A DNA stretch of 63,530 bases, filler included, from Octopus bimaculoides (Eukaryota): NCBI RefSeq assembly GCF_001194135.2. It is 7 parts of 7 records of this genome, joined end to end, with 100 filler letters (N's around TTAATTAATTAA, not from the genome) between each part and the next. Parts side by side here need not be neighbours in the genome. Positions count along the whole stretch, not along the records: positions 1 to 16,545 come from NC_068989.1; 6 more parts are not named here. The stretch is one strand, 5' to 3'. The stretch's first letter is position 1. Each line of letters opens with the position of its first letter. Both the position numbers and the translations under genes were made by a program. The notes below the pieces were generated by a model. That model did no database searches, was not told the DNA's origin, and saw only the letters and a program-made list of their open reading frames with translations. Positions 1-13,925 of the stretch are shown piece by piece.

Positions 1-53
1 TATATATATTATGCGTTCACACGCACACACATATATATACATCTCTTTCTCCA

Positions 54-87
<34 letters not shown>

Positions 88-875
88 TGTGTGCGTGCGC
101 GTGCGCGAGTGTGTACAAGCAAACGTTGTACTCTTACGAACAAATGGGGTGGGTGTAGGGCTGGCGTGTGATATGTATTATACAATATATGATGCATTGA
201 ATTTGAATGTTTGTTTCGTGACTCAAGTTTCATATCAATACAATCATTTGATGAAAAATTTCTTGATCGGATAGGGTATGTGTTTATTTATTGTTTCCGT
301 TAAGTGTTTTTGTTTTTGCATTTGCTTATTGGCTGTTAGTTTCTGTTTCCTTATTGGTTACATTTTTGTAATGTTATTGTTTTTGTATTTGTTGATGTCA
401 GGATATATTTTTAATGCGTTTTACTCTTCTCAATTTATTTGTTAGTCTGATAAATATGGTATGTTTTACGATCAAATTTGTTTTGTTATATATTGTGTTA
501 TGCTTGTTAATATTGTTGATAAGGTTCTGTAAGTCAGAATTTCCTTCAGGTTAAGATTAGGAAATTTTAATGACATGGTTGTGTGTGAATTTAACTGTAA
601 AACGAATTAAAGGGATTTGTTTTTAATTAAGTCAATAGAACTATAAAACTAATTAAGAACATATGTCCTTAATTAGTTTGATTGTATAAATAACCTTCAT
701 TTAAACCGAAAGTTAATTTATAAGAGAGAAAATGAAAAATCATAGTTTCGGTCTTTAGAGAGAGATTGATAGAAAGAGACGTTAATGATTGCCAATACGG
801 CTAAGATGCATACATATGTACACACACACACACACACACACAGACACACACACACACATACATACACACACATAT

Positions 876-908
<33 letters not shown>

Positions 909-1593
909 CAAACACAGATACACGCGCACAAACACACACTCATACACAGAAACACACACGCATATATACATATTAACAATATTTAAAATTAATCAACGTT
1001 GGATAAATCGATCCTATTTACAACAGGCTCGATTTATCCAAAGTAGATAGCTTCCACTACGGCCGCATATTGGGATGAACTATATCTACCAACATTATGA
1101 TGGATTTCCGAGCCCCCAGAAACATGTGTTGGACTTTAGCACCTTTCTCCCTCCCCTTTAATTTTCTCTGTCGTTTGTGGTCTGTGTGAGTTGGATCTAT
1201 TAATATAAATATCTAAATAGTTATACTTAAATATACATCGTATGGAAGTCTCCACTTTTTGGTTTCTCTCGATTTGTATTTATACATATATATATATTTT
1301 GCATTTCATACTCAAGCTGTTATATTTGATGTAATTGATTTGTTTATCCGCATAATTGCCTCCAATTATGATAATAGAGGAATTCAGGACAAATAGTCAC
1401 AAAGTGAAACACGGCAAGTCGTCAACATATAGAAGAGTAAACAACTTACCACATAACATAAAGTATGACGAAACAGAGAACTAACAGCTAATCAGCAAGT
1501 AAAAGTACGCAAAATCCCACATGCCAACGAGTACGAATATTGTAATAGTTGTCACCTGAGGAACATACTGCTGTCAAACTTGAGTCAAGAGAT

Positions 1594-1624
<31 letters not shown>

Positions 1625-2707
1625 NNNNNNNNNNCTTAAGATTAGGCACCAGAATCAAGTATGGTATTATCCATACAATTTCAAAATAAGGTGATTAAAA
1701 TCAAAATAAGCAACAAGGATATCCAGAGTTAATGCGGTACGATCGTTTCATGCGACTCCATTTATTTAAGCAACGTGAACATTACATCAAATGTAAAATG
1801 CAGAGCAATCCTCAGCTGCACAAAGATATAGACATTTACTGAAGGACATATTTTTATAACTACATTTAAACTCTCTAAGTAGAAAGGAAGAATACAAAAA
1901 CCCATTTTGACTTAGACAGGCTAGTTATAAAAATGTTCAATTTCCCTAATCGATGAATAGTCCGATTGAGTAAAACAATCGGAAACAGCTGTAAGGAGAA
2001 TTTGCGACATTAAAAGAATATGTAAAAACCATAAATTATACCTTGTCGTATATATATATAGATACTTTATTTAAAAGCAGCAGAAATATAACAAAAGACT
2101 GTTACCCAGAGTTTCACGTTCCCGTTCATCTGACAGTTTTGTTAGAAAAATGCTTTTAAATAAATGCTTTTAAATAAAGCATATTACTCTACCTCTGGTA
2201 TTTGAGTACTCTTTTTTCCACCTTGTTGCACATTTTATGTGCTTACTCCGGTATATATATATATATATATATGGGAATGTGCGCTCTTACCCACATACAA
2301 ACTTATATAGAGAGGTATAGAGAAATTTGTGGTTCTATAACCATAGATAAAGCAAAACCGTTGGTGAGAAGGAATGGAGATAAATTTAACACATAGACAG
2401 ATGTGAAAGATACCCGGTAACGACTCAGAGCGATCGTTACAAGTTGCTGTTGATGCAAAGAAGTTGGGGACATACTGAGAAGTAAAAAGCAATATAAAAT
2501 TCAAAACAAATTATTAAATATCCGCAATTCAAAACAGATTATTAAATATACGCTAGAAAAAAAAACTGCAGCTTATAAAATTCAAGATTAAGAAAGTTAT
2601 TCCGATTCTATCGCGCGCCCGTGTGTGTCGAAGTTAGAGGTAATATTTGTAAGCGTGGAAAAGACAAACGTTGAGTGTTTAAGTTTGTGAAAGAGCGATA
2701 TGTTTCT

Positions 2708-2768
<61 letters not shown>

Positions 2769-4115
2769 TGTGTCTGTGTCTGTGTGTGCGCGTGCATGCG
2801 TGTGTTTGTGTATGTGTGCGTGCGTGCCGCAATTCAGCGCGTGGTTGTTCAGGCCATGTCAGGTACTAAACAGCGGATTTAGATAATGATTTGTCGCTTA
2901 GATGGAAGCCATCCAGCATTTTACTATGACAGAAATAACGCTATAGGAATTATAGCATGGCCAAATGCCAATTCACTTAACAATTTTCACTTCTCTAAAA
3001 TGACAATAACCACAGTTATTAATATTAATGATGCTCGCGGCTACTGTGGTTGTTACTTACATGGTTCGAATGGAGGGATGATATGAAAAGTGATGTGGCG
3101 GCAGTTTACTATGTGCTGAACGCTTGCTGTTTGCCTGGTAGGCTGGGTGGTTGGTTGGTTGGGTTGTTGGGTGGTGAAATGCATGAAGAAATGGACAATC
3201 TCGTGATTGATTAGTGTAGTATATACATATGCATACCTACCTACCTTCATATATATATATATATAAATACAATCACACATACACACAAATAGTCACATAA
3301 ATACATACAGATACACACATACATTCGGATATATATATATATATATATGTTTGCATGTATCTGTATACATTTACGTATATATATNNNNNNNNNNNNNNNN
3401 NNNNNNNNNNNNNNNNNNNNNNNNNNNNNNNNNNNNNNNNNNNNNNNNNNNNNNNNNNNNNNNNNNNNNNNNNNNNNNNNNNNNNNNNNNNNNNNNNNNN
3501 NNNNNNNNNNNNNNNNNNNNNNNNNNNNNNNNNNNNNNNNNNNNNNNNNNNNNNNNNNNNNNNNNNNNNNNNNNNNNNNNNNNNNNNNNNNNNNNNNNNN
3601 NNNNNNNNNNNNNNNNNNNNNNNNNNNNNNNNNNNNNNNNNNNNNNNNNNNNNNNNNNNNNNNNNNNNNNNNNNNNNNNNNNNNNNNNNNNNNNNNNNNN
3701 NNNNNNNNNNNNNNNNNNNNNNNNNNNNNNNNNNNNNNNNNNNNNNNNNNNNNNNNNNNNNNNNNNNNNNNNNNNNNNNNNNNNNNNNNNNNNNNNNNNN
3801 NNNNNNNNNNNNNNNNNNNNNNNNNNNNNNNNNNNNNNNNNNNNNNNNNNNNNNNNNNNNNNNNNNNNNNNNNNNNNNNNNNNNNNNNNNNNNNNNNNNN
3901 NNNNNNNNNNNNNNNNNNNNNNNNNNNNNNNNNNNNNNNNNNNNNNNNNNNNNNNNNNNNNNNNNNNNNNNNNNNNNNNNNNNNNNNNNNNNNNNNNNNN
4001 NNNNNNNNNNNNNNNNNNNNNNNNNNNNNNNNNNNNNNNNNNNNNNNNNNNNNNNNNNNNNNNNNNNNGTGTGTGTGTGTGTGTGTGTGTGTGCGTGTGT
4101 GTGTGTGTTTGTGTG

Positions 4116-4319
4116 TCTCTGTTCGTCCCCCAACATCGCTTGACAACTGATGCTGGTGTATTTAGGTCCCCATAACTTAGCGGTTCGGCAAAAGAGACCG
4201 ATAGAATAAGTACTAGGCTTACAAAGAATAAGTCCTGGGGTCGATTTGCTCGACTAAAGGCGGTGCTCCAGCATCGCCACAGTCAAATGACTGAAACAAG
4301 TAGAAGAGTAAAAGAGTAA
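4116..4319 (+). mobile_element. SINE family AB, 3' half (body and GAGTAAAA tail)
   Basis: About 200-bp sequence (CATCGCTTGACAAC...GACCGATAGAATAAGTACTAGG...CAAATGACTGAAACAAGTAAAAGAG) that recurs at 13.9, 17.1, 37.3, 37.6, 42.3, 45.3, 58.6 and 62.5 kb; preceded by a (GT)n tract and a gap. Confidence 0.85.
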
Positions 4320-4805
4320 TACATTCAACAGACACGACATTTGGACAGATTATATTGGTCACACACATAGTAATAAGCAGGCCGAGCCTCAACAGAAAAC
4401 ATGACTGGAATATTACCAGCCTTCCATTCCACAGCCCTACGCAACCTGACGACCAAAGACAGAATGAGAAAGAAAAAAACACAGATACAAGCAGTATAAT
4501 ACACATACACGTACACAAACTAAAGACAGAATGAAAAATATATAAATAAATAAATAAACCAATTAGTAAAATAACTAAACAAAAGACATGGGTACACACA
4601 GTGTTGCAAACAAACTCGTATACATACATGCACACAACACATATACCAAACACATAGACATGTGCGCGCACACACAAGCAAGATAAGAATACATACCACC
4701 AAAAGACAGTATGGACTAAACAGAAGGAGGGCAGATATGTGGGATAAAGAGACGTTGAAGAGGTATCAGGATGTGTGACGAAAGAGCTTAGACGAAGCGC
4801 ATTAA

Positions 4806-4830
4806 AATAATAATAATAATAATAATAATG

Positions 4831-4876
<46 letters not shown>
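4806..4876. repeat. (AAT)n microsatellite, target of the adjacent R4/Dong-like element
   Basis: Direct inspection; one AAT-to-GAT interruption. Confidence 0.95.
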
Positions 4877-4878
<2 letters not shown>

Positions 4879-5255
4879 CTTTCTAATTGATGTACCAATA
4901 CCAGCAGATGACAACGTTTCTCGAAAAGAAATGGAAAAACTTTCAAAATACAAAGACCTGGAAATAGAGATAACTCGAATGTGGAGTCTAAAAACAGAAA
5001 CAATTCCTATCATAGTAGGTGCCTTAGGTATAATTAAAAAATACTCAGACAAATACATAACAAAAATACCAGGACTTACAAATATATGTAACATACAGAA
5101 AATTGCACTACTGGGTACTGCACACATTCTACGCAAAACACTTTCAATACAGTAAACATAAAAGCACCACAGCAAACCACAGCACATACCCAAGGCGCAC
5201 AGAGCTGCGCTCGGTAGTGAAGTGAAAGCACGTTATAAAAATAAAACTACTGAAC
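4877..5255 (+). mobile_element. 5'-truncated R4/Dong-clade non-LTR retrotransposon (restriction-like endonuclease C-terminus and 3' UTR)
   Basis: Open frame 4877-5155 reads CFLIDVPIPADDNVSRKEMEKLSKYKDLEIEITRMWSLKTETIPIIVGALG...GTAHILRKTLSIQ*, matching the ID..P.D....KE.EK..KY.DL RLE signature; (AAT)n on both sides. Confidence 0.85.
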
Positions 5256-5300
5256 ANNNNNNNNNNNNNNNNNNNNNNNNNNNNNNNNNNNNNNNNNNNN

Positions 5301-5357
<57 letters not shown>

Positions 5358-5358
<1 letters not shown>

Positions 5359-5743
5359 GTCATTTGGTGGCTGACGATATGTGCATCTCTGATCATGAGC
5401 AGAAGTAATGGGGGAGCATCATAGCCATGTGTGAGAGGGATTCTTTGGGATTTGAATAATTCACCTTTGGAAACATTAGTGTTTTGCTCAACATCTTTAA
5501 ACAAACCTTATTCAGGGACCTTTTGAGCGGGATGGGCTACTCGACCTGAAGAAAATTCTAACTGGGCCCCACCTGCGAGGTCATGCGCTGTTTATCTTGA
5601 TATGAGATCACCATGTCGCGCACATATGGTTGTGATGCATGTGCCTGGTGTACCCTTATCAGACGGGTAATCATGATGGGTATAATGGGCTTCGTATCTT
5701 TTACCCCAGTGTCACTTTGATAGCATGCCCTGCTGTCTCACTC
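5358..5743. mobile_element. Non-coding interspersed repeat fragment embedded in (AAT)n
   Basis: GC-richer 386-bp block with sharp boundaries and (AAT)n on both sides; no convincing ORF. Confidence 0.55.
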
Positions 5744-6020
5744 AATAATAATAATAATAATAATAATAAAAATAATAATAAAACTGAAGTGAAGACCAAG
5801 TATATAGTGCGTGTGTTTAATTTGCAAAAATATGACCATTCCCAAATATAACAATATCTATTTCAACAGACGACTTCACATCAGGTATCTTTGCCCAGTC
5901 TTAGGTCCTATTTTTTTTCGACGAATCTTTAATCTGATTCTTAATGTAAGTTTGGTTTGTCCATGTGCACGTATTAGAAACTCTCCACACATGCGCGCGC
6001 ACACACACACGCGCACACAC

Positions 6021-6094
<74 letters not shown>

Positions 6095-7684
6095 TAGAAA
6101 AGGTAACGAGGACTTAGTGAAAATCTGTAAAAATGAAATGAAGCTAACTGAAATTTGCAATGCTCAAAACTGAAATGTAATTAATGAACTTAGAAGATAG
6201 ATATGAAAGGCTTTCGTTTGAAGCGGTCTTTATACAATCATGGATATTATTCATACCAAATTTCGACTCATTATTGCTGTTTTTATAGCTTGTTAGGCTG
6301 TAATTTTTATTTTGTGTTTGGCGTATGGTATATATATGTGTGTTTGTGCGTGTGTCTATTAATGTATGTATGTATGCATGCATGCAAACATGTATGTCTA
6401 TATGCCACTTCTCAACTGTTTTAGCTTTCGGGTTTCTGAGCTCAAATCTTTCTTTCTCTCATTGGAAAAAAAAATCCTTCGAGTATCGCCAAAAATCGTT
6501 GATAATCTTTGGAAGTCTTTAAGCTAATATCAATATAACTGCATGAATAACCACAGTTAAAAATAGCTGGAAAATCTCAACTGAAAATATTTGCTTCGTA
6601 AATATTCACGATATTCATTTAAATATATCGTATTTGCAGAGCAAATATGAATAATTAGAGAACGGGAGAGTAACAGAAGAAGAAAGGGGTTTGTGAGTAT
6701 GTGGGCATCTGCATGCGTACGTGTGTGTGACATGTGTTACAGACACCACACATACACACACACTCGTGAGTAAAGGTAACGAGGACAGTGAAAATTTGTA
6801 AAAATGAAATGAAGGTAACTGAAATTTGCAATGCCCAAAATTTAAATGTAACAAATTAATTTAATAGAGAGATAAGAAAGACTTTCATTAGAATGGATTT
6901 TTATACAACCAGAGAGAATGGCTTTCTCGTCAATAAATTTGGTACAAACTCCATAATGGTGAATCATGTATTATTGTTTTTATAGCCTGTTACGCCGTGA
7001 TTTTAATTTTTCAATAAACAGATTTTCTTTGTGTTTAGCGTATAATATTGTCTGCGCATTTAAAATTGGGAAGACTAGAAATTTGGGACATTTGGTGGTT
7101 GCGCATATGTCCAAAAACTTACTGAGTGAAACTTGTATAATCCTAATACCCTCTACATTTTGTCGACGAATTTTTAATCGCATTCTTAATGTGACTTTGG
7201 TTTGTCTCATGTAATCTTCACTGCATATATTGCATTTGATGGTACAAATAAAATGTTTTGAAGAACACATAAAGTGATTTGCCACAGTAAAAATTTATTT
7301 CTGTTTAAATTTAATTGCTTTTTCCTTAATAAGTTTGGCACAAGTTCCGCTAGTACAGCGACCATACTTTTTAACAATATGAGTTGAGTCTGTAGTCGGT
7401 AGTTTTGTGCTGGTAGGTAATTTGTTTAGGGATTATATATATNNNNNNNNNNNNNNNNNNNNNNNNNNNNNNNNNNNNNNNNNNNNNNNNNNNNNNNNNN
7501 NNNNNNNNNNNNNNNNNNNNNNNNNNNNNNNNNNNNNNNNNNNNNNNNNNNNNNNNNNNNNNNNNNNNNNNNNNNNNNNNNNNNNNNNNNNNNNNNNNNN
7601 NNNNNNNNNNNNNNNNNNNNNNNNNNNNNNNNNNNNNNNNNNNNNNNNNNNNNNNNNNNNNNNNNNNNNNNNNNNNNNNNNNNT

Positions 7685-7717
<33 letters not shown>

Positions 7718-7834
7718 TCTCCAGTAGTAATCCGGGTGGAAAACTGTTGTGTAGATGACAACAGGTGCAGAAATTCCAGGTAGAAGTAAATCCGAAGTGT
7801 ATGAGATTAAAGCAGGATAAAACTGTGACGCAAG

Positions 7835-8005
7835 CTCCAAGCGTTTTTCTTTTTCTTTATTCTCGCTCTGTTTATTTCCTTGTGTTCCTTTCTGTTGAAG
7901 AGCCAAGGTTCGAAATGTAAATGACTTATTCACCGTCCCAAACATTAGACTAATACACCTGTTTGTTGCTTATACACCTGTCTTTTGTTTTCTGTAAATT
8001 CAACT
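7835..8005 (+). mobile_element. Short hammerhead-bearing repeat family P3, degenerate copy
   Basis: Homologous to 35392-35580 and 44915-45110; motif CTGTTGA-A-GAGCCAAGGTTC-GAAATGTA at 7892-7919. Confidence 0.6.
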
Positions 8006-9340
8006 ATATATATATATATATATATATATATCTGTGTGTCTGTGTTTTTACATATAGACATATACATATATATGTATTATGATCGTGTGTGTGTGTGTGT
8101 GTGTATGTGTGTGTGTGCGTGCGTGTGTGTTGGTGTATGTCAGTCAACACGGTTAGGGTTTAGTAAGATAACAAGGTAACGCCATCAGTGGGAGATATTA
8201 GGAAGATAACGGAAGAGGGTGAAATAAACTAGATTAAATTAAACGTCAAGTAATCTAAAGGAGTTTTACCTAATCACATGGTTCAATCGTATCATCGTTG
8301 TCTCTCATCTCCAGGTAGATTTTGATGTCTTTGTCAGAAATGGAACTGTAATTATCCTTTAATCGCTGTTCTAGTGTAATTTCTCTGGATACTTTGATTT
8401 TTATCAGCCACCAATGTTCAGAAATAAATAAATGAGGGAACATGCAGCTCGTTCAAATGCGCTCTTATTTTTGCTTTCTTCTGATTGCTTTTTCTATTTT
8501 ACTTCATTTTCTTAACAGTATATGACCACTGTTGCCACTATCATTGTTATCGTTGCAGTAATTTCACATTTATCTACATTCAGAGAATTCTTTTATTCTA
8601 TACGTAGACATTGTTCATGATGGTGCCGTTGTCGAAGTCATTCTTGTTATTTTGGTAAATGTTTCCAATACTTGAAATATTTGCAGGTTCTTTAACCATC
8701 TCTGAAGGAGAAAGTTAGATAGAGCTATTTGGGAAACGCCATCTACCGCCGTCACTACCGTAGCTATGTTGAAAGACATTGCTGCCGTGAAGACTGAAGA
8801 AAATTAATAATAACAAATCTTTTTGTCCATCAAACTAGAGAATTGGCGTGTATGTAGATATGCGTATGTATATTTATACATATGTATGTATAGATATATA
8901 TGTTTATAAATATATATGTATATATGTATATATATACGTGTATATATATATGTTTGCGTGTGTATGTATATATACATATATATNNNNNNNNNNNNNNNNN
9001 NNNNNNNNNNNNNNNNNNNNNNNNNNNNNNNNNNNNNNNNNNNNNNNNNNNNNNNNNNNNNNNNNNNNNNNNNNNNNNNNNNNNNNNNNNNNNNNNNNNN
9101 NNNNNNNNNNNNNNNNNNNNNNNNNNNNNNNNNNNNNNNNNNNNNNNNNNNNNNNNNNNNNNNNNNNNNNNNNNNNNNNNNNNNNNNNNNNNNNNNNNNN
9201 NNNNNNNNNNNNNNNNNNNNNNNNNNNNNNNNNNNNNNNNNNNNNNNNNNNNNNNNNNNNNNNNNNNNNNNNNNNNNNNNNNNNNNNNNNNNNNNNNNNN
9301 NNNNNNNNNNNNNNNNNNNNNNNNNNNNNNNNNNNNNNNN

Positions 9341-9379
<39 letters not shown>

Positions 9380-9828
9380 TATGTATGTATATGTATAGAT
9401 ATGTACATATGTACATATACATATCAGGAAATATAGTTAGCTGTTGTCCTTATTCATTGATGGAACAGCAACAGTATAAATACAAGAGAAATGTTACATC
9501 AGAGAAAGAAAGTAAAAGCGGGTGAGCAAATGCAATACGCATCTTTACAAATAAAAACACTAAAACAATGATGATGTAAACGATGATTGTGCTTTCATTC
9601 GTTGTATCAGGTGATTAAGGATGAAATGTCCGATTTTGAACTGAGAGTTTGTTTTATTTTATCTCAACGAAAGGCTATGCAGTTAATCGAAGTATGCATC
9701 TGAATTATTAACCTTTGTCATCTTATCGGTAGTTTGTTTATGCCGGCAGCGAAGAATTCTGGAGAGCAAGAGGTGATGAAATCCCGGAAGTCTGATTTTG
9801 CATCTTCAGATTTGAAGTTTTTTTCTTA

Positions 9829-10877
9829 TTAGATGCTGTCTGAAGCCTGGAAAACGTGATAGTCCGTTGGTGCAAGGTCTGGTGAACATGGTGGATGAGA
9901 GAGTACTTCCGAGTTCAGTTCCTGTAACTTGAGTAGCGTTGTTTGTGCAACATGTGGTCGGGCATTGTCTCGCAAGAGAATTGACCTGTTTCTATTGGCC
10001 AATCTCGGTTGTTTAATTGCAAGTTCACTCATCATTTCATACAATTGGTGGATATATACATCCGCTGTAATTGGCTTCCCAGGTTGCATGAAGCTGCAAT
10101 GCATGACACCACTGTTTGAACCACCAGACAGACACCATTAGCTTTTTTTGGTAAATAGTCTTCTTTGGATTGTGTTTTTGGCAATTTGTCTCTTTCCAAC
10201 CACCGTACAGAACGCTTGCTATTATTCAAAAGAATCCATTTTTCATCACACGTAACAATACGATGCAAAAATGGTTCGCTTTTATGCCTTGACAGCAAAC
10301 AACATCAAGTTTCAAGACCACGGGTCATTCAGGTCGTATGGTACCCACTTGTCCAGCTTCTTTACCTTGCCGTTTTGTTTCAGATGGTCCAATACAGTTG
10401 GAATCGAAACATCAAACCTTGCTGCTAACTCACTCATAGTTTGAGATGTATCTGCCTCCGCTACAGTTTCCTGCTCATCATTATCCACCTTGGTCTCAGG
10501 TCTACCTCGGGTCTGATTTTCAAGAGTAAAGTCACCAGATGGGAACTTCTCAAACCTTCGACATACAGTGCACCCATTCGCCACATATTCACCAAACACT
10601 TCATTAATGTTTCGACCTGTCTGAGAAGCATTGGTTCCACGATGGAACTCATATTCATAAACAACACGAATTTCTTATCTATCCATGGGTTCACAAAAAT
10701 TGATTTACAAGAGAAAACTCACAATATAATCAGACACCATGAATTACATTTCGAAAAGTGATGATGTAACTCTTCAATATTGTAAAACAAAAACATTGTC
10801 CGGATAAAACATTAGAGTTAACGACTGCCAAACTTGGTGCATAAGAAAATCGACACTTCATTCTTAATGACCTGTTA
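9829..10877 (-). mobile_element. Decayed mariner (DD34D) transposon, 3'-truncated
   Basis: Frameshifted transposase: EIRVVYEYEFHRGTNASQT, RGRPETKVDNDE, WVPYDL, TCDEKW, RDNARPH, CSPDLAPTDY; 5' TIR-like sequence at 10851-10877 resembles the TIR at 25367. Confidence 0.95.
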
Positions 10878-11914
10878 TTTACAAGATATTTAACCAAATA
10901 TAGTAAGTGAACACCCTAACGATTTTGTCATTTTCATATTGGCTATAATTTTAGTAAAAAATATTGGTTATAATTTTATTAATGTTTTCTTGCATAAACC
11001 CAATGCTTGAAGTTTTATTGAAGAGCAATTACTCGATTAACCTGATTCCAGAACTTGATTCCTCCCTAAGTTTCAGTCCTTGCTACAATATTGTGCTTGC
11101 ATGCTTTAATGAAGCTGAGACGCCAGCGGAGCACAACCTCCTGACAGGACCTGCCATACTGAGCAGATCAAAGGATAAAAATAAAACTAATATGAACCAC
11201 CTCTTCCCAGGGGTAAAAATAGGTTTCTGTAGTGCCATCACCCACTACATAAATAAAGCAAAGTTACAGAAGTATCGATGACAATTCAAAACCAACAAGA
11301 CCTGGGAGGGAAAGGCTTTCCCTCAAGAAAATATATGAACCTACAAGAGATGCGGAAAATATGACGCTCTAAAAATAGCTAGAGGCAAGATATTGAAGTA
11401 GAAATGAAAACGCAGGAATTCAACGCCAGAAAACGTGAAAAACAGCCCAAAGTCGAGAACAGGGGGAAAAGTTACTGATGGCTTATGTTACATAGAGATC
11501 AGAGAGGTTAAGCTATTAATTAATTAGTTAAAAAGTTGATTGATACTTTATTTTATTGATTCTAAACTATGGGTAAGTTAAATTCTTGTATTCTTGTAGT
11601 CAGAACGTAAAGAACTTTCCTTGAGGACATTAGATTCGATTCTCTGCCAATTCTGCAACAACAACGATTATAATAATTGCTTCTAATTGCACAAAGTCAG
11701 TAGTCTTAAGGGGAGAACTAAGTTGATTCCATCGATCCCAGTACTTGACTGGAGAGATTTGATGTAAAGCTGAGCGCCGTAAACTTTGAACTCAAGAATG
11801 TCAAGTGTCAGAAGAAATAATCCTTTCTAAGTTGAGGAAAAGACCTGAAATTTTGGGAAAGCTGTTAGCCAATTACATCCGTTCCTTGCGCTCACCTATT
11901 ATGAGGTTTGTTTC

Positions 11915-12092
11915 CCAAGCACGTGGTTCCGGGTTCAGACCCACCGCGTAGCACCATGGGCAAGTACTTTCTACTATAGCACCGGACCGACCAAAGTCTA
12001 GTGAGTTGATTTGGTAGACGGAAACTGAGAGAAGCTTGCCGTACACATGCATTCATGCATACATACAGACAGACAGATAGACAGACATACGT

Positions 12093-12124
<32 letters not shown>

Positions 12125-12225
12125 ACATATGTGTGCGTGTTTTTGTATATGCGTTTGTTCGACTAAACCCTTAAACCGGTGCCCCAGAATGTTCGCAGTC
12201 CGATGACCCAAACAAGTGAAAGACA
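11915..12225 (+). mobile_element. SINE family AB, partial (head, microsatellite, tail)
   Basis: GGTTCCGGGTTCAGACCC B-box region and CATGGGCAAGT core, then CAGA/GT repeats, then a degenerate family-A tail. Confidence 0.75.
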
Positions 12226-12236
12226 AAATGTGTGTG

Positions 12237-12283
<47 letters not shown>

Positions 12284-13364
12284 GTGCGTGTGTTTGTTAT
12301 TTTGTGTGTATGCGCTTACATAATTGATAATAAGGAAACTTGTATTAAAATTTTCTGTTCAATACTAAATGATTATTTGAAATATATTCTCTGAATCCTA
12401 GTCAACTGAATATTGCATTGACAACATATTTATAACTAAAATCTTTTGCTTTTAATTATAAGAGAAGTGATGGCAGTACACAACATGGTGTCCCAAAATG
12501 GCCGTAGCCAAATGATGGAGATTAAAAGATGCAGGAAAAGTATTATGCTTAATCTGGCGGAAAATAACACTGATCAATTAGATCCATCATCATAGATGTT
12601 CTAGCCACGACCATCCCGATTTATTTTCAGAAACACTGCATCCCCGATTATATAATCCAATGTAATTTTTTTTATAGTGACCTTTGCATGTTTTTGTTAG
12701 AGATAGTCAGCTGTTCTTGTTAACCAGGTGAGACTTTTGATTTGATGAGTTTTCACATTTCATTTAATTGTCTTTGTCATGTCCAGACTATCAGTCACTA
12801 AGATTCTTTATGTACCATAGCTAAAGCCTTCTCAATCGTTTTGTTCTAGTCCAGCAAAATTAAACTGCTTACAATGAATTCCAATTACATCAGAAGCGTG
12901 CGTCTATTTCAAACAGTCTCACCAGTCAAAAGAAAAACAACAATTCTAATATGGCTTTTATTGAATGGAAAATTAAGACATCACTAAATGAATTAAAAAT
13001 CGACGTTTCTAGAGAAGTTTGAAATCCGTAATAAAATTGATAATTTACTATTAATTGAAAAGCAGCTTTCAGAGGAGTTCTCCAAATAGAAAATGTTAAT
13101 ATTATTGATTTTCATTGGTAATTATTCGTTACTTTAATATGAAATCTTGTCAACAAAATTCTTTTCCACTCCAGTAATTCATTCTAAATTGTCCTGATCA
13201 TACGAAATCAGGATTTTATTAAGACAGCTGTCAATGACACTTTCCGTTTCACTGTTAAGCCAATGGACAATAAATCGACGCTACAAAAATCAACAAGAAG
13301 AAATGCACAAACACACAAACATATATATTTGAGTGATAGTGTTTGCGCATGTTTGTGGTTGTTA

Positions 13365-13415
<51 letters not shown>

Positions 13416-13925
13416 TGTGTGTGTGTGTATAAAATGTGTGTATGTATTCTGTATAAAATACATGTATACAAAACTACGGTAATCTATCAAGCTTTACCTT
13501 TCTATATCTGTCCTGTCTGCTTTATTGTCTGCTTCTCTCTCTCTCTTTCTCTCTCCTCTCAGTATATGTGTGTGTGATATGGTTGTATTTGTGTGTATAT
13601 GTATATATCTATGTGTGTGAGTGTGTGTGTGTGTGTGTGTTGTTATTTGTTTTTATGTTCAGTTACAGTAAAAGCAATTTGACACTAATCTCTATACTTT
13701 TGTAGAGTACAAATTTATAATCTTTAAACAAGAATATTATTGATAGTGACTTCGAAGTTTCGGTTAATTAAGCCATCAACGATGATAATTTTGGCTTTTT
13801 ATAGTATCTGTTTGGTTAAAGTGTTTCTTGGGTAAGTGGGTTTGAATGAGGTGGTAATTAGGTTTTAGAGTGGGTTGTAATGGGGAGGTGTCTGGACGAT
13901 TTTTTATTGATTGCATTTGTGGATA

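Noticed and set aside
8300-8800. Several polypyrimidine-AG acceptor-like sites (8316, 8520, minus-strand about 8795)
   Set aside because: Following frames are short, low complexity or lack good donors; expected by chance in AT-rich introns.
10964-11460. 105-aa plus-strand ORF and A-rich flank
   Set aside because: No identifiable domain; probably a decayed element that cannot be assigned without a search.
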